From Candidatus Dormiibacterota bacterium (GTDB lineage Bacteria; Chloroflexota; Dormibacteria; Aeolococcales; Aeolococcaceae), in assembly GCA_963709585.1 (NCBI GenBank), contig CAVPXI010000014.1, forward strand, positions 352,001 through 416,000: DNA of 64,000 nt. The letters run 5' to 3'. The position numbers and the translations under genes are program-made. Below, one piece after another: positions 1 to 9,820 of the stretch. Each line of letters starts with the position of its first letter. Position 1 is the first letter of the stretch. The notes below the pieces were generated by a model. That model worked only from the letters and a program-made list of their open reading frames with translations. It was not told where the DNA came from and made no database searches.

Positions 1-2
1 CC

Positions 3-971
3 GCGCAGGCCTGGACCAGCCACGAAGCCACCAGCGCGCAGGCCGTGCCGCGGCGGTTGGTCATCATCGGCGGCGGTGTGGTCGCGTGCGAGATGGCCGA
101 CGCCTGGAGAACGCTCGGCAGCGAGGAGGTCACGGTCATCGTTCGCGAGGAGCGTCTCCTCGGCAACACCGAGGACTTCGCCGGCGAGGCAGTGCGCGCA
201 TCCTTCGAGCAGCGGGGCATCTCCGTTCTCTTCAAGAAACGCACCGACCGGGTCACGAGAGCCGGCGACGGCGAGGTCTCACTCGAGGTCGCGGACCTCG
301 ACGGCAGCAACCAGATGACCATCACCGGCGACCAGGTCCTGGTGGCCACCGGGAGGGCGCCGCGCACCGACGAGATCGGGCTCGACACCGTGGGGCTCCG
401 TCCCGGGTCGTGGCTCAACGTCGACGACACCTGCCGCGTCGAGGGTGGCGGTGACTGGCTCTACGCTGCCGGAGACCTCAACCATCGGTCATTGCTCACC
501 CATATGGGGAAATACCAGGCTCGTGCCTGTGGAGACGCGATCGTGGTACGAGCCAAGGGAGAGCTTTCGGGCGAGCCCGCAGCCTGGTCCAAATACGCCG
601 CGACCGCCGACCATGCCGCGGTGCCCCAGGTCGTGTTCACCGACCCGGAGGTGACGTCGGTGGGACTGACGCACGCCGGCGCGGTGGCGGCGGGACTCAA
701 CGTCCGGGCAGTCGATTACGAGATCGGCGATGTCTCCGGCGCAGGGTTGATCGCCGACGGGTACACCGGGCACGCCCGCATGGTGGTCGACCAGGACCGC
801 AAGGTGATCGTCGGCCTGACCTTCACCGGCCCGGGGGTCGGCGACCTCATCCACGCAGCGACGGTCGCGGTGGTCGGCGAGGTGCCCCTTGACCGCCTCT
901 GGCACGCCGTCCCGTCGTATCCGACGGTGAGCGAGATCTGGCTGCGCCTGCTCGAGACCTACGGCCTGTAG
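3..971 (+). CDS. Pyridine nucleotide-disulfide oxidoreductase (dihydrolipoamide dehydrogenase-like), 5' partial
   Basis: GGGVVACE dinucleotide motif, VLVATGRAP, YAAGD, VPQVVFTDPE and C-terminal HAVPSYPT dimerisation motif; frame is open to the window edge. Confidence 0.9.
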   Translation, partial: AQAWTSHEATSAQAVPRRLVIIGGGVVACEMADAWRTLGSEEVTVIVREERLLGNTEDFAGEAVRASFEQRGISVLFKKRTDRVTRAGDGEVSLEVADLDGSNQMTITGDQVLVATGRAPRTDEIGLDTVGLRPGSWLNVDDTCRVEGGGDWLYAAGDLNHRSLLTHMGKYQARACGDAIVVRAKGELSGEPAAWSKYAATADHAAVPQVVFTDPEVTSVGLTHAGAVAAGLNVRAVDYEIGDVSGAGLIADGYTGHARMVVDQDRKVIVGLTFTGPGVGDLIHAATVAVVGEVPLDRLWHAVPSYPTVSEIWLRLLETYGL

Positions 972-972
972 G

Positions 973-1938
973 TCAGTTGCCGATGTGGTTCGCGGGAACC
1001 GTGCCCATCTTGCCGGCCTGGTAGTCGGCGAGGGCCTGGGCGATCTCCGCGTGGGTGTTCATCACGAACGGGCCGTAATGGGCCACCCGCTCGCGGATCG
1101 GCCGGCCGCCGAGGATGAGCAGGTCCAGGTTGGGATGGCGGCTCTCCTGGTGGGTCCCGGCGGTTGCGGTGATCACGTCACCGTCGCCGAGCGCGGCGAG
1201 CTGTCCTGACTGAATCGGACGGCGCTCCTCACCGACTGTCCCGCTGCCCGCGAGCACGTAGACGAGCGCGTTGAAATCTCGCGGCCACGGCAACACCAGC
1301 CGAGCGCCGGGGCTCACGGACACGTGGGCCAGCGAGATCGGCGTGTGGGTGATCCCGGGTCCGCGATGGCCGGCGACCTCGCCGGCGATGACCCGCAGCA
1401 GCGCACCGCCGTCGTACGAGGTCAGCAGCGCGACGTTGCCGGCGCGGATGTCCTGATAGCGGGCGGGCGCCCACTTCTGGGCCGCGGGGAGGTTGACCCA
1501 CAACTGGAAACCGTGGAAGAGGCCGCCGCTGGCGATCAGCTCCTCGGGCGGGCGCTCGATGTGCAGGATGCCCGCACCGGCGGTCATCCACTGAGTGTCG
1601 CCATTGGTGATCAAGCCGCCGCCGCCGTTGGAGTCCTGATGCTGGAAGGTGCCGTCGATCATGTAGGTGACCGTTTCGAAGCCGCGATGCGGATGCCAGG
1701 GCGTTCCCTTGGGTTCGCCGGGCGCGTACTCCACCTCGCCCATCTGGTCCATGTGGATGAACGGGTCGATGAGCGCGGGATCGGTGCCGGCGAACGCGCG
1801 GCGCACCGGGAATCCTTCGCCCTCGAGCCCGTGCGGCGCGGTGGCCACGCTGATCACCGGGCGGAACGACGCCGCCGCGGGGTCCGGTTGGGGAATGTGC
1901 GGCAGAGCGGTGATGTCGTCAACGGTCACAGCAGGCAT
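973..1938 (-). CDS. Pirin family protein
   Basis: EGEGFPVRR, DPFIHMD, HPHRGFETVTY, QWMTAGAGILH, FQLWVNLP, GPFVMN motifs. Confidence 0.95.
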   Translation of the reverse strand: MPAVTVDDITALPHIPQPDPAAASFRPVISVATAPHGLEGEGFPVRRAFAGTDPALIDPFIHMDQMGEVEYAPGEPKGTPWHPHRGFETVTYMIDGTFQHQDSNGGGGLITNGDTQWMTAGAGILHIERPPEELIASGGLFHGFQLWVNLPAAQKWAPARYQDIRAGNVALLTSYDGGALLRVIAGEVAGHRGPGITHTPISLAHVSVSPGARLVLPWPRDFNALVYVLAGSGTVGEERRPIQSGQLAALGDGDVITATAGTHQESRHPNLDLLILGGRPIRERVAHYGPFVMNTHAEIAQALADYQAGKMGTVPANHIGN

Positions 1939-1949
1939 GGCGAAATTCC

Positions 1950-2408
1950 TTACAGAGCAAGCGCCTTCACGGGCGCCATCACATGTTCCAGGTCCCAGCT
2001 CACGCCGGGAACGTCAACGTACAGCTCGATCTCGTTGCCGTCGGGATCCAGGATGTACAGGCTGTGGCTGACGGTGTGGTCGCTGGTGCCCACGATATTC
2101 ACGCCCGCCTCCTGACAACGCCGGAGTGCCGCGCGCAACTCGTCGTCCGAGTCGCCCACCTTGAGGCCGAAGTGATAGAGGCCGACGTGCCGTCCGCGCG
2201 GCAGCGGCAGCGCATCCTCGCCCACCTCGATGAGCAGCAGCTCGTGGTGCGTCCGGCCGCTGCTGAAGAGCGCGACCGGCATCCTGCCCAGCGGACCGTC
2301 CTGGCTGGCTTTCAGCTGCTTCCATCCGAGGACATCGCCGTAGAACGCGGCAGATCGCTCGATGTTGTGTACGTACAGGACGAGGTGCCCCAGTTCCTTG
2401 ATCTCCAT
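1950..2408 (-). CDS. VOC/glyoxalase family protein (catechol 2,3-dioxygenase-like)
   Basis: LGHLVLYV...FYGDVLG, HHEL, GLYHFG, DH..SHSLY..DPDGNEIELY; ATG at 2408 preceded by TAAGCT-N7. Confidence 0.9.
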   Translation of the reverse strand: MEIKELGHLVLYVHNIERSAAFYGDVLGWKQLKASQDGPLGRMPVALFSSGRTHHELLLIEVGEDALPLPRGRHVGLYHFGLKVGDSDDELRAALRRCQEAGVNIVGTSDHTVSHSLYILDPDGNEIELYVDVPGVSWDLEHVMAPVKALAL

Positions 2409-2493
2409 GCGGTCAAGCTTACCCGCGAGCCCTCGAGCCAAACAGGGCGGCGTTCGGGGGCACCGCGCCGCGCCGCTGAGCGAGGATGGTTGG

Positions 2494-3915
2494 GTGCGCG
2501 GGCTGCAACTCTCATACCAGCAGATCATCGCGATGATCTACGTGGTCGCCATGTTCATGACCATCATGGATGCGACCATCGTGTACGTCGCCCTCCCGGC
2601 GATGGCTCGGAACTTCGACGTGAGCCCGGCGGCGACCGATGGGGTCGTGGTCGGGTACCTGGTGAGCCTCGCGGTCTGGATTCCCGCGTCGGGGTGGGTC
2701 GGTGATCGGTTCGGCACCAAGCGCACGTTCCTCGCCGCGGTGTCGCTGTTCACCATCGCCTCGGCGCTCTGCGGGCTGTCGCAGTCGGTGCTCGAGCTCG
2801 TCCTCTTCCGCATCCTGCAGGGCGCGGGCGGCGGCATGCTCACCCCGGTGGGCATGGCGATGCTGTACCGCGCCTATCCACCCGCGCAGCGAGCACGTGT
2901 GGCGCGCATCCTCGTGATCCCGACGGTGATGGCCCCGGCGCTGGGACCCCTCATCGGTGGCGCACTCGTCGACAGCCTGTCCTGGCGCTGGGTGTTCTTC
3001 GTAAACGTCCCGATCGGCCTGGCCGCGCTCGTCTTCAGCACGCTGAAGCTCACCGAGCACCGCGAGCGCGCCGGCGAGCGCTTCGACGTGGCCGGCTTCG
3101 TCCTGGCCGCCGCCGGCTTCGGGCTGTTCCTGTACGCGCTCAGCGAGGCGGCGACCCTCGGCTGGGCGTCACCGCTGATCGCCTCAACCGCCGCCGGCGG
3201 AGCGGCGCTCATCGCGATCCTGGTCTGGGTGGAGTTGCATGCCGATCAACCGATGATCGACTTCCGGCTGCTGCGCCACCGCCTGTTCGGGGTGGCCAAC
3301 CTCGCGTCACTGTTCGCCGCCGCGGGATTTCTCGGGCTGCTCTTCGTCGCGCCGATCTGGTTGCAGACCGGCCGCGGACTTTCCGCCCTCGTGTCCGGTT
3401 CGAGCACCGCTCCGGAGGCGCTCGGGGTGCTGGTCTCGTCGCAGCTGGTCGGGCGCCTCTACCCGCGCATCGGCCCTCGCCGCCTGATCAGCGGGGGCCT
3501 CATCGGCGTCACCGTCGCAACCTCCCTGCTCGCATTCCTGTTGAACGGAAACCTCTGGCTCTTCCGGGCGGTGATGTTCTTCGTCGGCGTGGGATGGGCG
3601 TATGTGGTGATCTCGATGAATGCCGGAGTCTTCGCGCAAATCTCACCACACGACACGGGGCGCGCCACAGCGCTCTACAACGCCCAGCGGCAGCTCGCAG
3701 CCGCGCTCGGCGTGGCGACACTCTCGACCATCATCGGCACCCAGAGCGGGACCGCAAGCCTCGCAGGCAACGTCACCGTGTTCCAAATCGCCTTCTTTGC
3801 CGCCGCCGGATTCACCCTGGTCGGCGCGATCATCGCCCTCGCCATCCGAGACCGAGACGCCAACTCAACTATGCGAAGAGCCGCCGCCACCCGAACGGCC
3901 GTCCCGGTCGCCTGA
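2494..3915 (+). CDS. MFS transporter, DHA2 (EmrB/QacA-like) efflux family
   Basis: MDATIVYVALP, GWVGDRFGTKR, FRILQGAGGG, LGPLIGG..WRWVFFVNVPIG; many TM helices; GTG start inferred. Confidence 0.93.
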   Translation: MRGLQLSYQQIIAMIYVVAMFMTIMDATIVYVALPAMARNFDVSPAATDGVVVGYLVSLAVWIPASGWVGDRFGTKRTFLAAVSLFTIASALCGLSQSVLELVLFRILQGAGGGMLTPVGMAMLYRAYPPAQRARVARILVIPTVMAPALGPLIGGALVDSLSWRWVFFVNVPIGLAALVFSTLKLTEHRERAGERFDVAGFVLAAAGFGLFLYALSEAATLGWASPLIASTAAGGAALIAILVWVELHADQPMIDFRLLRHRLFGVANLASLFAAAGFLGLLFVAPIWLQTGRGLSALVSGSSTAPEALGVLVSSQLVGRLYPRIGPRRLISGGLIGVTVATSLLAFLLNGNLWLFRAVMFFVGVGWAYVVISMNAGVFAQISPHDTGRATALYNAQRQLAAALGVATLSTIIGTQSGTASLAGNVTVFQIAFFAAAGFTLVGAIIALAIRDRDANSTMRRAAATRTAVPVA

Positions 3916-3936
3916 GGGTTCTCACCGACGAGCCAA

Positions 3937-3960
3937 GGTCTCCAAAGAAGGAGACCGTTT
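3937..3960 (+). terminator. Short hairpin, possible intrinsic terminator of the MFS gene
   Basis: GGTCTCC-aaagaa-GGAGACC 7-bp stem followed by GTTT, about 20 nt after the stop codon; U-tract is weak. Confidence 0.45.
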
Positions 3961-3961
3961 C

Positions 3962-4146
3962 GCCAGGTCGTCCTGACCGGCGGCTGATCGCCGAGGCGCC
4001 GGCTGGGCCGCCGAGATCAAGGAAGTGACAAGCCCGAGAGGGAGCGCATTCCAATGCGTGACCGAGCGAGGCGCAGTCGCTGACGCCGATATCGGCAAGT
4101 CCAGCCGGATGCAGCGGCGATCAGCCGCCGGTCAGGACTCCTTGGC
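3962..4146 (+). ncRNA. Unassigned structured RNA-like element: long rod with a multi-hairpin head
   Basis: Perfect 24-bp inverted repeat 3970-3993/4115-4138, extended on both sides by pairing with G.U wobbles; head contains CCC-GAGA-GGG, GCGCAT-TCCA-ATGCGT and AGCGA-N7-TCGCT hairpins. Confidence 0.55.
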
Positions 4147-4535
4147 TAGTGCGAGCAGGACTTGGCTTCGCCCGCCAAGTCGCCAGTTTGGAAAGAGTGG
4201 CCGCAACCGCAAGTCCTGACCGCATTCGGGTTGTGGATCGTGAATCCGCCACCCATCAGCTCATCGACGTAATCAATCTCGGCACCCTGGAGATACTGCG
4301 AGGAGTACGCGTCCACGTACACCTTGAGGCCTCCTTCGACGTCGACGACCTGGTCGTCTTCCTTGGGTGGATTCTCATCCAGGCCCATGCCGTACGAGAA
4401 GCCCGAGCATCCACCGGACTGAATGAAAACCCGAAGTCCGAGTGCGCGATCGGCCGGCTGGTCGGCAATGAGGCCCTTGAGCTGCTCACGGGCGGTGTCG
4501 GAGATCGTGACGATGGACGGGGAGGTGATTGCCAT
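4146..4535 (-). CDS. iscA: Iron-sulfur cluster assembly accessory protein (HesB/IscA/ErpA family)
   Basis: GLRVFIQSGGCSGFSY, IDY....GGFTIHNPNA..TCGCGHSF. Confidence 0.93.
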   Translation of the reverse strand: MAITSPSIVTISDTAREQLKGLIADQPADRALGLRVFIQSGGCSGFSYGMGLDENPPKEDDQVVDVEGGLKVYVDAYSSQYLQGAEIDYVDELMGGGFTIHNPNAVRTCGCGHSFQTGDLAGEAKSCSH

Positions 4536-4553
4536 GGTGCTGTCAATCATACG

Positions 4554-5444
4554 TCACGCTCCCGTCCGGGAAACCTCACCACTGGTCCGAGACCCCTCTG
4601 CGACCGGCATTCGACGCGCAATCCGCTCGCCGAGGAGACCGCGGGCGTCCGGCTCGCCGGCGTGCAGCCGGTTGGCGACGGCTCCGAGGAGGATGAACTC
4701 GGCGAGGAAGTACAGCCAGGCGGCGAGCAGAAAGACGAGCGCGAACACAGCGCCGTAGGTCGAGGCGCCCTTCGAGAAGTGCGTGTAGAACGGCCAGAGC
4801 AGGGTCAGCAGCTCCATGGCCGTCCCGGCGATGACCACCCCGGGCCAGAGCTCGCGCACTCGGTACGTGCGGTTGGGAACCAGACGGTAGATCGCGAGCA
4901 TGAACAGGCACCAGACCGCCAGCCCCACCGCCGGCTCGAAGCCCCAGATGATGCCCGGGAGTGCGATCAGCGAGTTGACACCAATCGTCGCCACCAGCGC
5001 CACCACGAAGAGGATGGTCATCACCAGCGCCATGGCTCGCTGGCGGAGGAAGCCGCGCTGCCGCACACCGACCACGACGCCGAGGGAAAACTCCATGCCG
5101 GTGAACAGGCTGCTTCCGCTCCAGAGCAGGCCGATGACGCTGACGATGCCGAGCAGGCCGGAGTTCTGCTGGATCGAGTTGAAGAGATCTTTTAGCGCGG
5201 TATGGGAGTCACCCGGGAAGAAGCCGAGGATGGCGGAGAGCGCGCTCGCCTTGGCGGCGGCCGACTGCGTGGCATAACCGAGCACCGACAGCAAACCCAG
5301 GATCAGCGGGAACATGCTGACAAACGCGTTGAATGCCAGGCCCGACGCGTAGTTGCTCGCCTGGCTCGAACCGAATGCGCCGATGAGCCGGGCGGGGTAG
5401 CTGTGCCCAGCCCAGGTGGCGATCGATGCGACGAGTCGCTTCAC
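4554..5444 (-). CDS. YihY/virulence factor BrkB family membrane protein
   Basis: ASGLAFNAFVSMFPL, LLWSGSSLF, YRLVP, YGAVF..WLYF...ILLGA. Confidence 0.88.
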   Translation of the reverse strand: MKRLVASIATWAGHSYPARLIGAFGSSQASNYASGLAFNAFVSMFPLILGLLSVLGYATQSAAAKASALSAILGFFPGDSHTALKDLFNSIQQNSGLLGIVSVIGLLWSGSSLFTGMEFSLGVVVGVRQRGFLRQRAMALVMTILFVVALVATIGVNSLIALPGIIWGFEPAVGLAVWCLFMLAIYRLVPNRTYRVRELWPGVVIAGTAMELLTLLWPFYTHFSKGASTYGAVFALVFLLAAWLYFLAEFILLGAVANRLHAGEPDARGLLGERIARRMPVAEGSRTSGEVSRTGA

Positions 5445-5503
5445 GACGTCAGATTGACATGCCGGACCAGGCGTCGCGATAGAGCCGCCCCGACCCCGGA
5501 CTC

Positions 5504-7087
5504 CTAGTCCGACGCCGAGGTTCCGGCGGCCTCGGCCGCGTATCGCGGGAGGTGGACGTCGTCCGACCCTGCGAAGCGCATCGCCCCGGCGACGAGGTGA
5601 TGTCCGGCGACTTCGTCGATGAGCCGGAGCATCTCCTGACAGATCTGCCGGTAGCTCGGATGCCCCTGCGGAGACGTGCGCAGCTCGATGAGATGCATGG
5701 CCTCGCGCGCATTGAGCTTGATCACGTATCGAACACGGTGGCCGAGCGTGACCAGATAGCCGGCCTGCTGCGGAAAGACGTCGACGATCTCGCGGTACGC
5801 GGCCTCCGCCTCCCGGACGGCGACGTGCCAGCGCTCCCCCAGTCCGGCGTCGACAACCGCGTCGGGGACCTCATACCCGAGCGACGGGGTCAACTCCTGC
5901 CACTGAATCGTGAGCATGCGGTGGCGTTGCAGATCGCGGAACGCGCCGTAGTCGGACACGACCTCGAAGGTGTAGTCGCAGTGCTCGAAGCCGCGTCCCG
6001 GCCGGTGGCGCCGGTTGCCCCGGTGCCCGACGGCCGCGGCGAAGAGCGCCGCCCGCCGAGGCGCCGAGAGCGGGCGCACCGCGGCGAGCAGCCGCTCCTG
6101 GGACGCGTGCGAGTAAGGGAAGAGCGCCGACGCGAGGATGCGATCCTCGCCGTCGCCATCCCACTCGACCAGGGTCACGCCCGTCGGCCCCCACTCGTTC
6201 TCGGGGGCGAGCAGGTCGGCATCGCGGGCGATGGCGGCCGCCGTCTCGCGCAGGTATTCGACCCAGACCCCGCCCCGATCCGGGCGATCCAGCCGGGTCA
6301 GGAACTCCGGGATCAGCCGCTGCAACTCGACGTTGACCAGCTCCGCGTACGCGCGCGCCTCGGGAAGCGGGTGGGCACGCAGACGGAGCACGAGCTGCTC
6401 GTACGCCTGTGGCGATGCGTACATCCCGACGTTGCTGACCGTCCCTGCCGGAAGCAGCCCGCGCATCAGGTCGAGCGCGAGCGCCCGGATCGCTCGCCGG
6501 CGCGCCCTCTCGTCGGCTTCGGGCGGCAGGGTCTCGTCGAGGTGCCGCGCGAGCGGCTCGCGCAACTCCGAATACGTGTCGAAGAGCAGGTCCATCGCCC
6601 GGACGTAGGTCGTCCCCAGCGGCGATGCGAGCAACTCCCGGTCGCGCAGATACCGGTAATGACCGTCGCGGCGATCCGTGTACGGGATGTATCGCGTCGA
6701 CTGCTCCAGGTACGCGGCGAGCCGCCCCCACTCGATTGCCTTGGCGAGCGGCTGGGAGACCTGCTCGCAGGCGAGATGCACACCCCCGAGCTGCGCCACC
6801 GAGTTGTCGCCGTACTCGGCGAGCACGCGTCCGAACAGATCCGAGGCACGCTCGCGTCCGGCGCCGGCATCAACCGCTGGATCGCGGGTGGCGCCGGCAA
6901 GAAACTCGTCGACCAGGAGCCGCCGAAGGCTCTTCGCGCTGCGGCTGTAGCGTGCGAAGAGGGCCGCCGCGGTCACCTGGGGCAGGTTGGTGAGGGCGAA
7001 CACGGGGCGATCGAGGTTGGTCACGTGGGGGGCGAGCAGCCGCTGCTCCTCCGCGGTGAAGGCCTCGACGTGGTAGTCCGCGATCAT
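5504..7087 (-). CDS. thyX: FAD-dependent thymidylate synthase, long two-domain form
   Basis: ALFARYSRS, YGD(D)SVAQL, YLEQSTRY, FRDLQRHR, NARE..HLIELRT..QGHPSYR. Confidence 0.9.
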   Translation of the reverse strand: MIADYHVEAFTAEEQRLLAPHVTNLDRPVFALTNLPQVTAAALFARYSRSAKSLRRLLVDEFLAGATRDPAVDAGAGRERASDLFGRVLAEYGDNSVAQLGGVHLACEQVSQPLAKAIEWGRLAAYLEQSTRYIPYTDRRDGHYRYLRDRELLASPLGTTYVRAMDLLFDTYSELREPLARHLDETLPPEADERARRRAIRALALDLMRGLLPAGTVSNVGMYASPQAYEQLVLRLRAHPLPEARAYAELVNVELQRLIPEFLTRLDRPDRGGVWVEYLRETAAAIARDADLLAPENEWGPTGVTLVEWDGDGEDRILASALFPYSHASQERLLAAVRPLSAPRRAALFAAAVGHRGNRRHRPGRGFEHCDYTFEVVSDYGAFRDLQRHRMLTIQWQELTPSLGYEVPDAVVDAGLGERWHVAVREAEAAYREIVDVFPQQAGYLVTLGHRVRYVIKLNAREAMHLIELRTSPQGHPSYRQICQEMLRLIDEVAGHHLVAGAMRFAGSDDVHLPRYAAEAAGTSASD

Positions 7088-7166
7088 CGACGCAACTCTA
7101 CGGATCGGCGCGGCGAGCCAGCACCCGGGTGGAGCGGTTTGCGATCTCGTCTACAATCCCGGCCCA

Positions 7167-8477
7167 ATGGCCGGCGTCGCCGTCCCGACCCCGCGCTTTC
7201 TCGCCGACGTCTACGAGGCGGCGAGCGAGTGCAACAAGTGCTCGCTGTGTCAGGCCACGTGCCCGGCATACGTCGTGAACCCGGTCGAATGGGAGACGGC
7301 TCGAGGACGCATCGCGCTGATCCGGGACGCGATGGAGGGTCGCCTCGAGTTGCGCGACATCGCCGACGGACCGCTCTCGAGCTGTCTGACCTGCGACAAC
7401 TGTGTCGCCGCCTGCGCTCCTCGCGTCCCGACCGGTCACATCGTCAGCCGCGCGCGCCAGGAGCTGCACGCGCAGGAAGGCTATCCCTGGGCGCAGTCCT
7501 TCGCGCTCCGCGGCGTGCTCCCGCGACCGGCCGCGCTCCGCGCCCTCCACGGATTCGCACGTTTCACACGGCGCACGGGGTTGTACGGCCTCGCGCGCCG
7601 CAGCGGTGTGCTGTCCTGGTTCGGGACCGTGGGTGCGCTGGCCGAGCAGGGCGGCCCGCCACCGGACCGAACCGTGTACCAGATGCTCGGCGACCTGCCG
7701 GCGCCCGCGCAGCCGTCGCGCGGAGACGTGGCGATGCTGGTGTGCTGCCTGGCGAATCTGACTGCGCCGGAGGCAACCGACGCGACCATCCGAGTGCTGC
7801 TCGCGTCCGGGTATGACGTCCACGTCCCGGTGCTGGGCTGCAGCGGACTGCCCGCGCGCACGCTCGGCGACCGCGATGCGATGGTGGACATGGCGATCAG
7901 GAACAGCGCGGTGTTGAGCCATATCGAAGTCGACGCGTACATCGGTGACACGGCGTCCTGCACGGAGCACTATCGCGAGTACGGGAGCATCGCCGGCGAT
8001 GATCGCCAGGTCGGCGCGCGCGCTCGCGAGGTGGGGCACCACACCGCCCTGGCAAGCGATTTCCTCGATCGCAACGGGGTACGCGGCGAGCTTGGTCCGC
8101 TGCGCTGGCGCGTGACCATCGACGAGCCGTGCGCTCTGCCGATCGACGGACCCGAGCGCGGCGCGATGCGGCGCCTGCTCGATCAGATCCCGCATCTCGA
8201 GGTCGTGCCGCTGCACGAGCGGGCGATGTGCTGCGGCGGCGCGGGCACCTACTTCGCGCGCCAACCCGAGCGCAGCGAGGCGATCCTCCAGCGCAAGTTC
8301 GACAACATCCGCGCCAGCGGGGCGGAGATCGTGGTCACCGAGAACATCTCCTGCCTGCTGCAGCTGCGCGCCGGTGCCGCGCGCTATGCATCCGACGTGA
8401 AGGTCATGCACGTCATGGAAGTGGTGCTCGCGTCCCTGCAGGGCGCCGAACGTCGACGCGCCGTGCTCGCAAGCTAA
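7167..8477 (+). CDS. Fe-S oxidoreductase, GlcF/glycolate oxidase iron-sulfur subunit family
   Basis: Two CxxCxxCxxxC motifs (CNKCSLCQATCP; CLTCDNCVAAC) and a CCG domain (MCCGGAG, TENISC). Confidence 0.88.
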   Translation: MAGVAVPTPRFLADVYEAASECNKCSLCQATCPAYVVNPVEWETARGRIALIRDAMEGRLELRDIADGPLSSCLTCDNCVAACAPRVPTGHIVSRARQELHAQEGYPWAQSFALRGVLPRPAALRALHGFARFTRRTGLYGLARRSGVLSWFGTVGALAEQGGPPPDRTVYQMLGDLPAPAQPSRGDVAMLVCCLANLTAPEATDATIRVLLASGYDVHVPVLGCSGLPARTLGDRDAMVDMAIRNSAVLSHIEVDAYIGDTASCTEHYREYGSIAGDDRQVGARAREVGHHTALASDFLDRNGVRGELGPLRWRVTIDEPCALPIDGPERGAMRRLLDQIPHLEVVPLHERAMCCGGAGTYFARQPERSEAILQRKFDNIRASGAEIVVTENISCLLQLRAGAARYASDVKVMHVMEVVLASLQGAERRRAVLAS

Positions 8478-9223
8478 CCGAGGGCGGACAGCGCCTCGTC
8501 GACATCCATGGCGATGCACGTGAACGACGGCACGTCGCGCACGGTGTGGGTGGATGCCTCGCTCGCTCGCATCTCGTGCACGAGGTCGAGGAAATCCGCA
8601 ACCGAATCGCTCTCGAAGGCCACGACGAACTCCTGGTCGTCAAGTCCGAACGAGTAGGTGGTGTTGATCTTCACCCCGGGGTACTTGTGGCCCATGGCGA
8701 TGTGCTCGCTCATCTGTCGCTGCCGCTCGTCGGCGCTCAGCCGGTACCACGCGCGGGTCTTCACGAAAGGATAAACGAAGAGGTAGCGACGCCCGGTGGG
8801 GGCGATAACCAGGCGGTTGCTCCTCCCCTCCTGGTTGTCGTGACGGTGCTTCTCGACGTACATGCTCTGCTTGGTCATCGAGAAATAGCTGTACGGCGAT
8901 TCGAGATACGCGGCGAGCCGGGTTCGGTTGAGGCGGGCGGCGAACTCGTGAAGATCGTCGAGACGCTCGCTGACGAGCCAGAGGAGGAAGTCCGCATCGC
9001 CACGCGTGCCAACCGTGCTGTACGAACGGATGAGCACGCCTTCACGGTCACCGATCTCACGAACCAGCGCGGCAACCTCCTCGCGATCAGCCGCTCGCTC
9101 GGTGGCGGGTCGGAGGCGCCACTCCGGGCGTACGCGGTAGAAGGCGAAACGGATGTGCTGACGCGCCATCGGCACCGGTGCGGTCGCATCCCGAACGGTC
9201 AACGGTGCGCTCACCTCGGACAT
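8474..9223 (-). CDS. Chlorite dismutase family protein, probable coproheme decarboxylase (ChdC/HemQ)
   Basis: YSTVGTRGDADFLLW, FVYPFVKTRAWY, EH..MGHKY, NTTYSFGLDDQEFVVAFE. Confidence 0.85.
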   Translation of the reverse strand: MSEVSAPLTVRDATAPVPMARQHIRFAFYRVRPEWRLRPATERAADREEVAALVREIGDREGVLIRSYSTVGTRGDADFLLWLVSERLDDLHEFAARLNRTRLAAYLESPYSYFSMTKQSMYVEKHRHDNQEGRSNRLVIAPTGRRYLFVYPFVKTRAWYRLSADERQRQMSEHIAMGHKYPGVKINTTYSFGLDDQEFVVAFESDSVADFLDLVHEMRASEASTHTVRDVPSFTCIAMDVDEALSALG

Positions 9224-9271
9224 GACGCGGTCATCGTACCCGAGGGGTTGCGCCGGGCGACAGGCGCCGCG

Positions 9272-9773
9272 TCACCGGTCCCCGCGCAGCGCCTCGGCGA
9301 GCGCGCGCTTGCGCAGCAGGCGCTGCTCCCGGCGCACCCGCGCCTCGGCCTGACGGCGACGCTCCTCCTCGGTCACCGCGATGACCTTGGCAACCTCGGC
9401 GGGTCTGCCGTCGCGATCGAGGCCCACGTAGACGAGATGCGCGCTGGCCACGTGCAGCTTCTCGCCGGACGGGATGCGCTCGACGTCGACGCGGACACTG
9501 ATCTCCATCGAGGTGTGGTGCGCGTCATTGACACGCGCATGCACGGTGAGCAGGTCGCCGATGTACACCGGAGCGAGAAAGCTCATCTCGTCCATCGTGG
9601 CGGTCACGACGCGGCGCCGAGCGTGCTTCACCGCAGCGATGCCCGCCGCCGTGTCGACGAGTTCGCATGATCGTGCCCCCGTGCACGTAGCCCGAGTTGT
9701 TGGCGTGCTCGATCTCCATGGCCACCGACAGCAGCGTCGCCGACTCCGACGTCGGCCGCGGTGTGAGATCCAC
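9272..9773 (-). CDS. Acyl-CoA thioesterase (hotdog fold); apparent 1-nt frameshift near 9660
   Basis: HANxxGYVHGGTIM in one frame continues as RLVDTAAGIAA..RRVVTATMD..F..PVYIGD after removing one base at GAGTTC 9659-9664. Confidence 0.85.
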
Positions 9774-9820
9774 GGTGCTGTACAGGTCGTTGCGATCCTC
9801 GCGTGAGCGGATGAAATCCA

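Noticed and set aside
3962-4146. Assignment of the rod structure as SRP RNA, tmRNA or a hammerhead ribozyme
   Set aside because: It lacks the SRP helix-8 CAGG..GGAA..AGCAG motif, tRNA-like ends and a CUGANGA/GAAA core, so it is left unassigned
5552-7816. Long antisense or alternate-frame ORFs (for example 5552-7816, 18542-20734, 38237-40609, 40916-42694)
   Set aside because: They are shadow ORFs typical of high-GC DNA opposite well-supported genes, with no recognisable motifs
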